A DNA stretch of 64,000 nucleotides from the IMG/VR virus record IMGVR_UViG_3300010939_000019, positions 1 through 64,000 of that record. One strand, given 5' to 3'. This stretch comes from a virus. The translations under genes and the position numbers were made by a program. Each line of letters starts with the position of its first letter. Within the stretch, counting starts at the first letter, position 1. Positions 42,977 to 50,188 of the stretch are shown piece by piece. The notes beneath the pieces were generated by a model. That model ran no database searches, was not told the DNA's origin, and worked only from the letters and a program-made list of their open reading frames with translations.

Positions 42977-43019
42977 CGCTTTAAATCCTAATTTCGCTTT
43001 AAATCTGAATTAGGTGCAG
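42977..43019 (+). promoter_or_regulatory. 2 x CGCTTTAAAT plus TAGGTGCAG composite motif
   Basis: CGCTTTAAAT at 42977-42986 and 42995-43004. TAGGTGCAG at 43011-43019. Confidence 0.5.
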
Positions 43020-43102
43020 GGCAGATGAAAGAAGATGAGCTTCGAAAATCACAGTACCTCACGTCGGCGAACATTTGTTCGTGAAGATACCGGCAGGGGC
43101 AC

Positions 43103-43131
43103 TTGACACATTTGCAGATATGTGATATAAT
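43103..43131 (+). promoter_or_regulatory. conserved promoter copy (best consensus)
   Basis: TTGACA-catttGCAGATATGTGa-TATAAT. Confidence 0.6.
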
Positions 43132-43236
43132 ACTGATAGTGGAATAGGTTTAGCAAGAGGAAGGGGAAAGGAGGGAAGAAGAACGAACCTTCCCGCTTTT
43201 AGTATTTAGACCGGAAGTAAAAGGAGCAAGTAAGGA

Positions 43237-43596
43237 ATGACGAAGCAAAGGACTGTTAAGTTGACGGTTCTCCCAAGTTGTGATTTCTGCATATTGGAGA
43301 ATCCACTAAGCACGCCACAGATAGCTCGATCCGATGCGCCCACTGCAAGTGGTTGGGCGTATCTTTGTTACTATCACTTTAAGGGATACGCACTGTCTCA
43401 GGGGACGAAGTTAGAGGCTGAGGATGAGATAGTGCAGACGACGGACTGTCCTAAGTGTGGTACTCCAAATCGGATAGGTCGGAAGCGTTGTGTGTGGTGT
43501 TCAGAGAAATTAGAAAGGGAGGATAGTCTGGAATCAGGTGCAGTCGAGCAGGAGATAGTCTTTGCAAGGCAGAGACTAGCTAAGGAAGGTACATGA
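43237..43596 (+). CDS. zinc-ribbon protein
   Basis: 119 aa, RBS AAAGGAG. CDFC...CPKCG...CVWC. Confidence 0.5.
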   Translation: MTKQRTVKLTVLPSCDFCILENPLSTPQIARSDAPTASGWAYLCYYHFKGYALSQGTKLEAEDEIVQTTDCPKCGTPNRIGRKRCVWCSEKLEREDSLESGAVEQEIVFARQRLAKEGT

Positions 43597-43805
43597 TGCA
43601 CAACAAATACTGGATTTTCAGAATGTGGTATTGTCTACGTCGGTGGTTTTATCGAGACAGATATGTGGCTCCAATGTGGAGAGACAAGAATCATCATGAC
43701 AAAGAAGAGTAACATTCCTTGGAAGCGATGTCTCTCTTGCTATAAACGAAAGCGTATTCATAAGACACAGATCTATTGTCATATGTGTATCAGGAGGAAT
43801 ATAGG

Positions 43806-43991
43806 ATGAAACAGTTTGAAGGTAAGATAATCATGAAGATTCCAGAGCTGTCACGAACAGGATATAGTAGTCCAGAGGAGGCTGCTCTCGGTACAGAGAT
43901 ATTTCTTAATGGAGAGATAGCTTCTCAAATCTTCAATAGGTTCGGTGTTTCAATTCGAGTCCATATAGGAGAGGAAGTGAAAGTAGAATGA
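43806..43991 (+). CDS. hypothetical protein
   Basis: ATG at 43806 with RBS CAGGAGG, in frame with track ORF 43776-43991. Confidence 0.4.
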   Translation: MKQFEGKIIMKIPELSRTGYSSPEEAALGTEIFLNGEIASQIFNRFGVSIRVHIGEEVKVE

Positions 43992-44147
43992 TGAGTTGGC
44001 GAGACTTCCGCCAAGTAGGAAGTGTAACATGGGGTGGTGGTCTAAACAAAGAGAACTGATTAAAGGAAGCTTGGGAAAGAGGCTTTCTGGCCAGAGACTT
44101 TGGAAGTCATGGAGAGCTATATCAGATGAAGAGAAAGAAGAAGCGTA

Positions 44148-44345
44148 ATGGCTAAGTTCTCTCTACAGCGAGAAATTAAGAGAACGCGAAAAGAACTGGA
44201 TGAAGAACTGAAGGCACTAGGAGAACTGATGGTTTCAGTTGACTTAGCAACTGTATCAATTCTGCATAAACGAGGTTATCTTAATAGAATAGAAGCTGAG
44301 TTTGTGCAAGAGACTTACTCAGGAGATAAGAAAGAGAACGAGTAG
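44148..44345 (+). CDS. hypothetical protein
   Basis: 65-aa ORF. Confidence 0.45.
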   Translation: MAKFSLQREIKRTRKELDEELKALGELMVSVDLATVSILHKRGYLNRIEAEFVQETYSGDKKENE

Positions 44346-44354
44346 ATATCTAGT

Positions 44355-44377
44355 CTGGCCTTCGAAGTTAGGTGCAA
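44355..44377 (+). promoter_or_regulatory. 23-nt conserved junction CTGGCCTTCGAAGTTAGGTGCAA
   Basis: 21/23 identical to 46173-46195. Lies 24 nt upstream of the ATG at 44401. Confidence 0.5.
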
Positions 44378-44400
44378 TTCAGATAAAGGAGCAAGCACTG

Positions 44401-44565
44401 ATGAGAATTATACCACTAGATATTCAGGAGCTCATAGATATAGCTGCTCGCCATCATGTTCATAGATGTCTTATGTGTCAAGTTATCTGGGGCTGTCAAA
44501 CAGAAGAGTGTAAACCTGAAGGAAGTCTGATTTCAGAAATCCTTTGTCGAAAATGTAAAGACTGA
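44401..44565 (+). CDS. small Cys-rich protein
   Basis: ATG at 44401 with RBS AAAGGAG. HRCLMCQVIWGC...CKPE...CRKC. Confidence 0.45.
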   Translation: MRIIPLDIQELIDIAARHHVHRCLMCQVIWGCQTEECKPEGSLISEILCRKCKD

Positions 44566-44885
44566 TGTTTGTTCAGAAAGGAATAAGACAGATGCCGCAT
44601 ATGCTAGAAGTACCGATAAAGGGCTTTGATCCGAAGGGACAGCATACTCATTTCTGTGAGTATTGTGAGACAGAGGCTCTTTGTCAGGATTCTTTCTATC
44701 TGCGGCATAAAGATTTAGGTGATGTGATACTCTGCAGATCTTGCTGTGAAGATACTAAGATACAGTTAGTCTTCAGAGCTATCAAGAAGCTCTTAGTAAC
44801 TGGCAGTAATATCACGGATGATAACGGTGTCTACAGATATGGTGTAGAAGTAGAGAAAGTTCAGAAAGCGAAGGTCAAAAAGTGA
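44565..44885 (+). CDS. Cys-rich hypothetical protein
   Basis: 106 aa, CEYC...CRSCC. Confidence 0.5.
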   Translation: MFVQKGIRQMPHMLEVPIKGFDPKGQHTHFCEYCETEALCQDSFYLRHKDLGDVILCRSCCEDTKIQLVFRAIKKLLVTGSNITDDNGVYRYGVEVEKVQKAKVKK

Positions 44886-44916
44886 GTGTATTGGGTCCAG
44901 ATAAGGAGAGTGTACT

Positions 44917-45201
44917 GTGAGCCGCTATAGTAAACAGCATTATGAAGATGTAGCTCGAATCCTAAACTACCAGAGGTATCAAGCTTGTGAAGATGTAAGC
45001 GACGCACTAGACGAAGTTAGTGATAAATTTGCTGACCTCTTCGTCGCCGACAACCCCAAGTGCTGTATTCATTGTGGTTATGTGAAGGGCTCCACTGAGG
45101 TTTGTGACTCTGCCAATGGACAGCTTCGGGATGAACATACCTTCGAGTACGGCTTTGATCGTGAGCAATTCCTAGCAGCCTGTGGGCTAGGATTACTATA
45201 A
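44917..45201 (+). CDS. hypothetical protein
   Basis: 94 aa, GTG start with RBS AAGGAGAG. Confidence 0.45.
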   Translation: MSRYSKQHYEDVARILNYQRYQACEDVSDALDEVSDKFADLFVADNPKCCIHCGYVKGSTEVCDSANGQLRDEHTFEYGFDREQFLAACGLGLL

Positions 45202-45224
45202 GAGCTGGAGCAGATAAGAAGAAA

Positions 45225-45446
45225 ATGATGGTAAGAACTACCTGCGTCCACTGCGATAAAGTACCAAAATATGTGATTCAGGTTAAGGATGGACACTATG
45301 CTGTGAAAGTAGCCCAGAAGACACCACAGTATTGTAGAAGAGATGCTTATAGTGTTGCCGATCAGTTAGCCCTTTCGATCCGGTATGGCACTAGTGCTCA
45401 CATCAGCTTAGAGGGAAGGAAGGAACAAGTAAAAACAGATGAATAG
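45225..45446 (+). CDS. hypothetical protein
   Basis: 73-aa ORF. Confidence 0.45.
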   Translation: MMVRTTCVHCDKVPKYVIQVKDGHYAVKVAQKTPQYCRRDAYSVADQLALSIRYGTSAHISLEGRKEQVKTDE

Positions 45447-45528
45447 TGAAACATGGATTAGTCTTATAGCTATGATACTAGGTACTGCTTTTCTTGCAGT
45501 GATGCAAGTGGTATAGGAAAGGAGCATT

Positions 45529-45948
45529 ATGAGTTCAGATGATTATCTGTATGTTCAACTCATTCCAGGCTCAGACTTATGGACTGTAACTCATGAGTTT
45601 GATTCTGCAGATGGGCCAAGAGAGACAAGAGATACAGATCCTAAATACCTTACATGGTATGAAGCTTACGAAGCTGCAGAAGATATGGGCGAACAAACTG
45701 AATACGGAATTAGAGTGCAGAGAAATAGGATTCCGACGCAGAAGGAGAAGGAGATGGATACGTTTAAGCTCTTGCGTATCTGTTCTAATTGTGGTAAGAT
45801 GTATGAACAGGGTCTGGATAACTACATGAGGTTCTTTGGTAATGGTAAATCAGAACTGTCTATTTCGTCTAATGTACTGAAAATGGATTGGAATTGTTTT
45901 GACTGTATATTTGACTGTATACTAGAGTTGACTAAGGAAGAGAACTGA
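45529..45948 (+). CDS. hypothetical protein with C-terminal Cys pairs
   Basis: 139 aa, RBS AAAGGAG. CSNCG...CFDC. Confidence 0.5.
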   Translation: MSSDDYLYVQLIPGSDLWTVTHEFDSADGPRETRDTDPKYLTWYEAYEAAEDMGEQTEYGIRVQRNRIPTQKEKEMDTFKLLRICSNCGKMYEQGLDNYMRFFGNGKSELSISSNVLKMDWNCFDCIFDCILELTKEEN

Positions 45949-45955
45949 GAATAAT

Positions 45956-46171
45956 GTGAATCTTCTTGATAAGATCATAGCTTGGCTTTACAGGTTTGAG
46001 CCACAGAGTAAAACCGCAATATACGAATGTGATTGCTGTGGAAAGTATCGTCGTTCTATAGAAGACTGCGGCTTATACCACCTGTGTCGAGAGTGTTTAC
46101 TGAATCCTTGTAGTGAGGATATAGAAGAAAGGATGGAAGACCTGAAAATGAGCGAGGGAGAAAGTCACTGA
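45956..46171 (+). CDS. small zinc-ribbon protein
   Basis: 71 aa, GTG start. CDCCG...CREC. Confidence 0.45.
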   Translation: MNLLDKIIAWLYRFEPQSKTAIYECDCCGKYRRSIEDCGLYHLCRECLLNPCSEDIEERMEDLKMSEGESH

Positions 46172-46172
46172 G

Positions 46173-46195
46173 CTGGTCTTCGAAGTTGGGTGCAA
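46173..46195 (+). promoter_or_regulatory. 23-nt conserved junction CTGGTCTTCGAAGTTGGGTGCAA
   Basis: Second copy of the 44355-44377 element, directly upstream of RBS AAGGAGAG. Confidence 0.5.
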
Positions 46196-46209
46196 AGGAG
46201 AGAATCACA

Positions 46210-46389
46210 GTGAGTCGAGAATCATCAGATGAAGTTACAGTAAGTGAAAGTTTAGTAGAACAATTATTGATGATCGCTGAGACGTATGATGATATCATGG
46301 ATACTATGAGATTTGATGTGTCTTCTGTTAGAGCGACTATACTTGAGGCAAAACAAGCAGGGATAAAATCATTAAGAGAACCAGAATGA
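46210..46389 (+). CDS. hypothetical protein
   Basis: GTG at 46210 follows RBS AAGGAGAG. The track start TTG 46186 lies inside the conserved junction. Confidence 0.4.
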   Translation: MSRESSDEVTVSESLVEQLLMIAETYDDIMDTMRFDVSSVRATILEAKQAGIKSLREPE

Positions 46390-46628
46390 TGATAAAGACT
46401 ATTCCTGCTACCATTCAGCTCAGAGATGGCTCTGTCAAGGAAGTTAGAGTCATAGAATATAGCCTCCCATGTGGCTCTATAGGACACTCTATGACTCTAA
46501 AGACAGGTAAGCCGGTATGGGAGATACATGTTAAGAACTGCAGAATATGCAGAGAGGAATATGGTTATGGTGAAGTCCCTACAAATGGAAACAACAATGG
46601 TGCAAGAAGTCTTATCTACCTTCACTAA
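46386..46628 (+). CDS. hypothetical protein
   Basis: 80-aa ORF, ATGA overlap. Confidence 0.45.
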   Translation: MMIKTIPATIQLRDGSVKEVRVIEYSLPCGSIGHSMTLKTGKPVWEIHVKNCRICREEYGYGEVPTNGNNNGARSLIYLH

Positions 46629-46773
46629 CAGAAGTCGTAAGAGTCCTATATGTGTAACATGCGGCACAGATAAGATAAAACCAGAACATTTTAGGTGCAA
46701 TAAGAGTCGCAGAGAGTTTAAGATAAGTCATATGTGTCAGGGGTGTCAAGATGATGTCTTTAGTGAGGAGTAG
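46585..46773 (+). CDS. small zinc-ribbon protein
   Basis: An internal ATG (46585) of track ORF 46528-46773 minimises the overlap. CVTCG...CQGC. Confidence 0.4.
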   Translation: METTMVQEVLSTFTNRSRKSPICVTCGTDKIKPEHFRCNKSRREFKISHMCQGCQDDVFSEE

Positions 46774-46980
46774 ATGATGAGAAAATCAGTAGCAATGTTA
46801 GACGAAGTACAAAAGGCTCTTGGTCTATGTGAGGTTGTATTAACTGACCATGAGCAGTATGATGATTGGCAGAACAATGAACCAAGCGCAGAGACCGAGG
46901 CTGTCATGTCTGTTCGTGTTGTTAAGCCTTGGCTTGAAGCTGTGATAGATCAACAAAGAGAAGTCCTGGGGCCGCTTTAA
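46774..46980 (+). CDS. hypothetical protein
   Basis: 68-aa ORF. Confidence 0.5.
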   Translation: MMRKSVAMLDEVQKALGLCEVVLTDHEQYDDWQNNEPSAETEAVMSVRVVKPWLEAVIDQQREVLGPL

Positions 46981-46999
46981 ATATCTGTCTTGGGTGCAG
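46973..46999 (+). promoter_or_regulatory. CGCTTTAAAT-N8-TGGGTGCAG composite motif
   Basis: CGCTTTAAAT at 46973-46982, TGGGTGCAG at 46991-46999. Followed by RBS GAGGAGG and the ATG at 47021. Confidence 0.5.
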
Positions 47000-47020
47000 A
47001 GAACGAGGAGGAATACAGAA

Positions 47021-47143
47021 ATGGTCTGTCCAAAATGTCAGCAGAATCTGGTTGTTAAAGGAGCATCTTATACTCATAACGGACAGTGGTATCGCTGTCT
47101 ATCTTGTAAAATATCGGTAGCTATACACGATACCTGTAGTTAG
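47021..47143 (+). CDS. small zinc-ribbon protein
   Basis: 40 aa, CPKC...CLSC. Confidence 0.35.
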   Translation: MVCPKCQQNLVVKGASYTHNGQWYRCLSCKISVAIHDTCS

Positions 47144-47227
47144 TAGAAGGAAGTTAGAAGGATAATTTAGGTACTGCTAATGTCAAACTTGTATAGCAAG
47201 GTCAGCAGTAATAGAGGAGAAAACATA

Positions 47228-47416
47228 ATGTCTATAGCAAAAATAACTTATCCGAACTTCAAGATATTCCAGGTCTGTCATAATTGTGGTCGTCTAATAG
47301 AACGATCTTTGCCTGCTCATGTTACGGAATATGATGGCAAGTTGTGGATAGATGCTACTGATCTAATCAAGAACTGGAGATGTAGTGAGTGTAAGCCTAA
47401 TGATGATACAGACTAA
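47228..47416 (+). CDS. small zinc-ribbon protein
   Basis: ATG at 47228 with RBS AGAGGAG (the track start is 47180). CHNCG...CSEC. Confidence 0.45.
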   Translation: MSIAKITYPNFKIFQVCHNCGRLIERSLPAHVTEYDGKLWIDATDLIKNWRCSECKPNDDTD

Positions 47417-47436
47417 TGCTGATCTATGAAGTATTT

Positions 47437-47445
47437 TAGGTGCAG
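47437..47445 (+). promoter_or_regulatory. TAGGTGCAG motif copy
   Basis: Lies 21 nt upstream of the ATG at 47467, followed by RBS AGAGGAG. Confidence 0.4.
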
Positions 47446-47466
47446 ATTAAAGAGAGGAGATAACTA

Positions 47467-47589
47467 ATGTGGTATAAGGTATTAGTGCAAGAAGTCTATA
47501 TACAGACAGTAGAGATTGAAGCGGATAGTCTTGAAGAGGCAATCAATAAAGTAGCTGATGATAAAGGCGAGGAAGTTAATGATCCTTAA
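47467..47589 (+). CDS. hypothetical small protein
   Basis: 40-aa ORF with a good RBS. Confidence 0.3.
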   Translation: MWYKVLVQEVYIQTVEIEADSLEEAINKVADDKGEEVNDP

Positions 47590-47758
47590 TACAGTCACAC
47601 TTTAGAACCAGATACATGGAAAGTGGAAGAGAATAAGCAATAAGAGGATTAGCTCTATGTCAATAGTATATAGACAAGTTAGCAATAAAGATAATAACAT
47701 GACGCTAATTTAGCAGGAACTAAGTTAAGAGATAGTCGTCTATATCGTCCTCTTACTA

Positions 47759-47787
47759 TTGACAATACCAGAGAAATAGACGATAAT
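47759..47787 (+). promoter_or_regulatory. weaker promoter-family copy
   Basis: TTGACA-ataccAGAGAAATAGAc-GATAAT. Confidence 0.4.
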
Positions 47788-47846
47788 AGCATTATCGGGT
47801 TGGGTCAAGTAGTTGGCCGATACAGGCCAGAAGAAAGGAATTAGAA

Positions 47847-48443
47847 GTGGCAACTGCAACAAGAGAGAAGATTCAGGAGATTGCCGAGCGTCTAGCAAAG
47901 CTCTCGCCTGAAGCTCAAGCTGAAGAGATCGAAAAGATAGAGAAGAATGTAACGAAGCGTGAGACTAAGGCTCAGAAGTCAGCGCTTCAAGAGCACAAAG
48001 ATGGCCTAGCATCAGCCTTTGTGGACACCTTGCTTCAGTACGCATCCAGCAAGAAGGTCGAGCCTGATGTTCTTATACCTCTAGGAGTGAAGATCAATAA
48101 GTCCGAAGATGGTCGCGGCTTCGTGGGTGCAGTCACTGGCAAGGGTACTGGTTCTAAGGGCGGCAACGGAACCAGAGGCGAGTCCTTCTTGAAGTCTAAC
48201 GGCGTTCAGGCTATCGAGCTGAACGGTAAGCCTCTTGAAAAGACTGCAGAGAGTGAAGTCCTTCGAGTAGCTCATGGTGCTGCAAAAGCTAAAGATATCT
48301 ACAAAGATAAGTCTCCTCATGTTGTAGCGATGCAGCCAGAGAACCTGAAGCTTATCAAGGATAAGGGCTTCATGGCTGTTCTTGAGAGTGGTCAGAAGGT
48401 TTCACTAGCCAGTTTGTATGAGAAGGCTAATAGTCAGAAGTAG
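47847..48443 (+). CDS. Lys-rich hypothetical protein, paralog of 49522-50004
   Basis: 198 aa, GTG start with RBS AAAGGA. The C-terminal AKAKDIYKDKSPHVV matches ERAKDIYDKDSPERF in the paralog. Confidence 0.55.
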   Translation: MATATREKIQEIAERLAKLSPEAQAEEIEKIEKNVTKRETKAQKSALQEHKDGLASAFVDTLLQYASSKKVEPDVLIPLGVKINKSEDGRGFVGAVTGKGTGSKGGNGTRGESFLKSNGVQAIELNGKPLEKTAESEVLRVAHGAAKAKDIYKDKSPHVVAMQPENLKLIKDKGFMAVLESGQKVSLASLYEKANSQK

Positions 48444-48547
48444 GCACAGCACGTCAGGTTATAGTCATCATCTGACCCGACTCGCCACCTGACGACTGGA
48501 TAGACAAACAGTAATAGAATAGACAGTTACGCAGAGTGCGGACAGGG

Positions 48548-48581
48548 CCTCGCAGTTATGAGCTGCGGGGTCTTGTCTCTT
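48548..48581 (+). terminator. possible intrinsic terminator
   Basis: 8-bp stem CCTCGCAG/CTGCGGGG (one G-U pair), 7-nt loop, then TCTTGTCTCTT. Confidence 0.4.
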
Positions 48582-48776
48582 ATACTAAGAGATACCAAGA
48601 GATCGCCGAGTCGCCGTAGTCCTCAGATTCGTCAACTGACACAGTAGGTAAAACTCCTACTAATGATGCTGAGAGTCTTAATTTCAGAGCATTCAGTGAA
48701 AATAAGTGTGACAGATAACTGTCTTCATTATGTCTGATACAGATGTCGCTTTAAGACAATTGCCTTCATCGCCCTA

Positions 48777-49010
48777 TCATGTTGACGTTCCTTTAGATAT
48801 TACGTTGCAGACTGTGAAGTTGTATCTAGTTTTGGCTTTGAAGCTGGCATAGTCCAGGTTTCTGGTCTGATCTTCGCAGATACACTCAAAGCAGAATTCA
48901 CAGCTAACACAAGGCGAGTCTGTGAATATCTGACATAATCTACAGTGATTCTTTTCATGGGCGAGCGAGTGTTGTGCAGACTTTCTGGTTTTGCCTTTAA
49001 ATAGCTGCAT
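48777..49010 (-). CDS. Cys-rich hypothetical protein (minus strand)
   Basis: 77-aa ORF in an otherwise ORF-free 1-kb stretch, CRLC...CVSCEFCFEC. No clear RBS. Confidence 0.3.
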   Translation of the reverse strand: MQLFKGKTRKSAQHSLAHEKNHCRLCQIFTDSPCVSCEFCFECICEDQTRNLDYASFKAKTRYNFTVCNVISKGTST

Positions 49011-49039
49011 CTGAGCTTCTAAGATAATACTGTTCTGCT

Positions 49040-49125
49040 CTTCGAAGAGGTGCAGCCCTTTAATAACTAGATTAGGTGCAGATATCCTTTAAATCTTCAT
49101 TCGAATCTGGCGCTGTTCTTCGAAG
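49040..49125 (+). promoter_or_regulatory. cluster of CTTCGAAG / rGGTGCAG / CCTTTAAAT motifs
   Basis: CTTCGAAG-AGGTGCAG at 49040-49055, TAGGTGCAG at 49073-49081, CCTTTAAAT at 49086-49094, CTTCGAAG at 49118-49125. Confidence 0.5.
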
Positions 49126-49446
49126 ACCCTAACCTTATACTCAAAAGAAGCAGCATTTCTATTCCGGTATCAGAAGAGGGTGATCGTAGAACAAATGTCT
49201 AATAGACATAATAAAGAGGATAGATGAAAGTACATCGGGGAAGTGATAGACATAACGAAGAGGTCTCTAATGGTATAGGTATTAGTACATCTGGAACTTT
49301 GTTCGACGAAGAGGCCAACCTCACTAATCCAAAAGAAGCGGACATAACATATCGGCTTCTCTATCTATATTACTTGACATAATCTGCACCCAAAATAGGA
49401 ACTGCGATTCCATATTACGTCTACGTCTCTATGCCGTCTCTAGTGC

Positions 49447-49475
49447 TTGACGGCATAGATGATTCATGATACGAT
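49447..49475 (+). promoter_or_regulatory. promoter overlapped by a 10-bp inverted repeat
   Basis: TTGACG-17 nt-TACGAT with TGa. The IR CTATGCCGTC (49429-49438)/GACGGCATAG (49449-49458) covers the -35. Confidence 0.45.
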
Positions 49476-49521
49476 CTAGGTGTCGGGAATCAATGGTTCG
49501 TAGCGAAAGGAACGAAGCACA

Positions 49522-50004
49522 ATGACAAGCAAGAGAGACGCGATAGAGGCGGCCAAGCAAGCGCTGGCAACTGCTCGCAAGGCCGTCGCGGTAGACGACG
49601 AGCGTATCGTCAAGGCGGTGGATGGTATAGCCACCAAGCTCCACAAGTGCTACCTCGCAGCCTGCAAGATGGCCAAGGTGGACGCATCCGCGATGGTCTT
49701 CGTTGTGAACATGGACGGTGCTAACCGGCGTGGTGGTGGTGCCGGTGGTGACAAGTCACCGTCTCTAGGTCGCCAAGCCAAGGTGACGGGGTGGACAGTG
49801 AACAGTAAGGATATCGGCTCGCCGATGGCATCGAAGCTCATAGCCACTATCTACAACGTAGAGCGAGCCAAGGATATCTACGACAAGGACTCGCCCGAAC
49901 GCTTCATTCGCAAGTCCGCCTTCCTTGACCGCATTAGCAATCGTAAGGTCAAGGTGATCCACGATGGCAAGACAAGCGACGCGGTAGCGTTCCTGAAAGC
50001 ATAG
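49522..50004 (+). CDS. hypothetical protein, G+C-rich paralog of 47847-48443
   Basis: 160 aa with the shared KDIY-x-KDSP motif. Strongly G/C-biased third positions. Confidence 0.55.
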   Translation: MTSKRDAIEAAKQALATARKAVAVDDERIVKAVDGIATKLHKCYLAACKMAKVDASAMVFVVNMDGANRRGGGAGGDKSPSLGRQAKVTGWTVNSKDIGSPMASKLIATIYNVERAKDIYDKDSPERFIRKSAFLDRISNRKVKVIHDGKTSDAVAFLKA

Positions 50005-50016
50005 GTCTGTATTAGT

Positions 50017-50052
50017 GAGAGGCGGTTATCCCGACGCCGCCTCTCTTCTTTT
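50017..50052 (+). terminator. rho-independent terminator
   Basis: 9-bp perfect stem GAGAGGCGG/CCGCCTCTC, 11-nt loop, followed by TTCTTTT. Confidence 0.7.
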
Positions 50053-50095
50053 GCACCCAACACGTATTAGTATCTACTAAGAAGAGAGGTAAGCA

Positions 50096-50188
50096 ATGGA
50101 CGAGATACGCAGAGCCGTAGGCTACATCTTACTAACTATCTTCATGGTGATGGTACTTATCTTCATTGTCGGCCCCGCACTAACTTAA
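50096..50188 (+). CDS. small hydrophobic peptide
   Basis: 30 aa with a single TM (ILLTIFMVMVLIFIV). RBS GAGAGG. Confidence 0.3.
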   Translation: MDEIRRAVGYILLTIFMVMVLIFIVGPALT

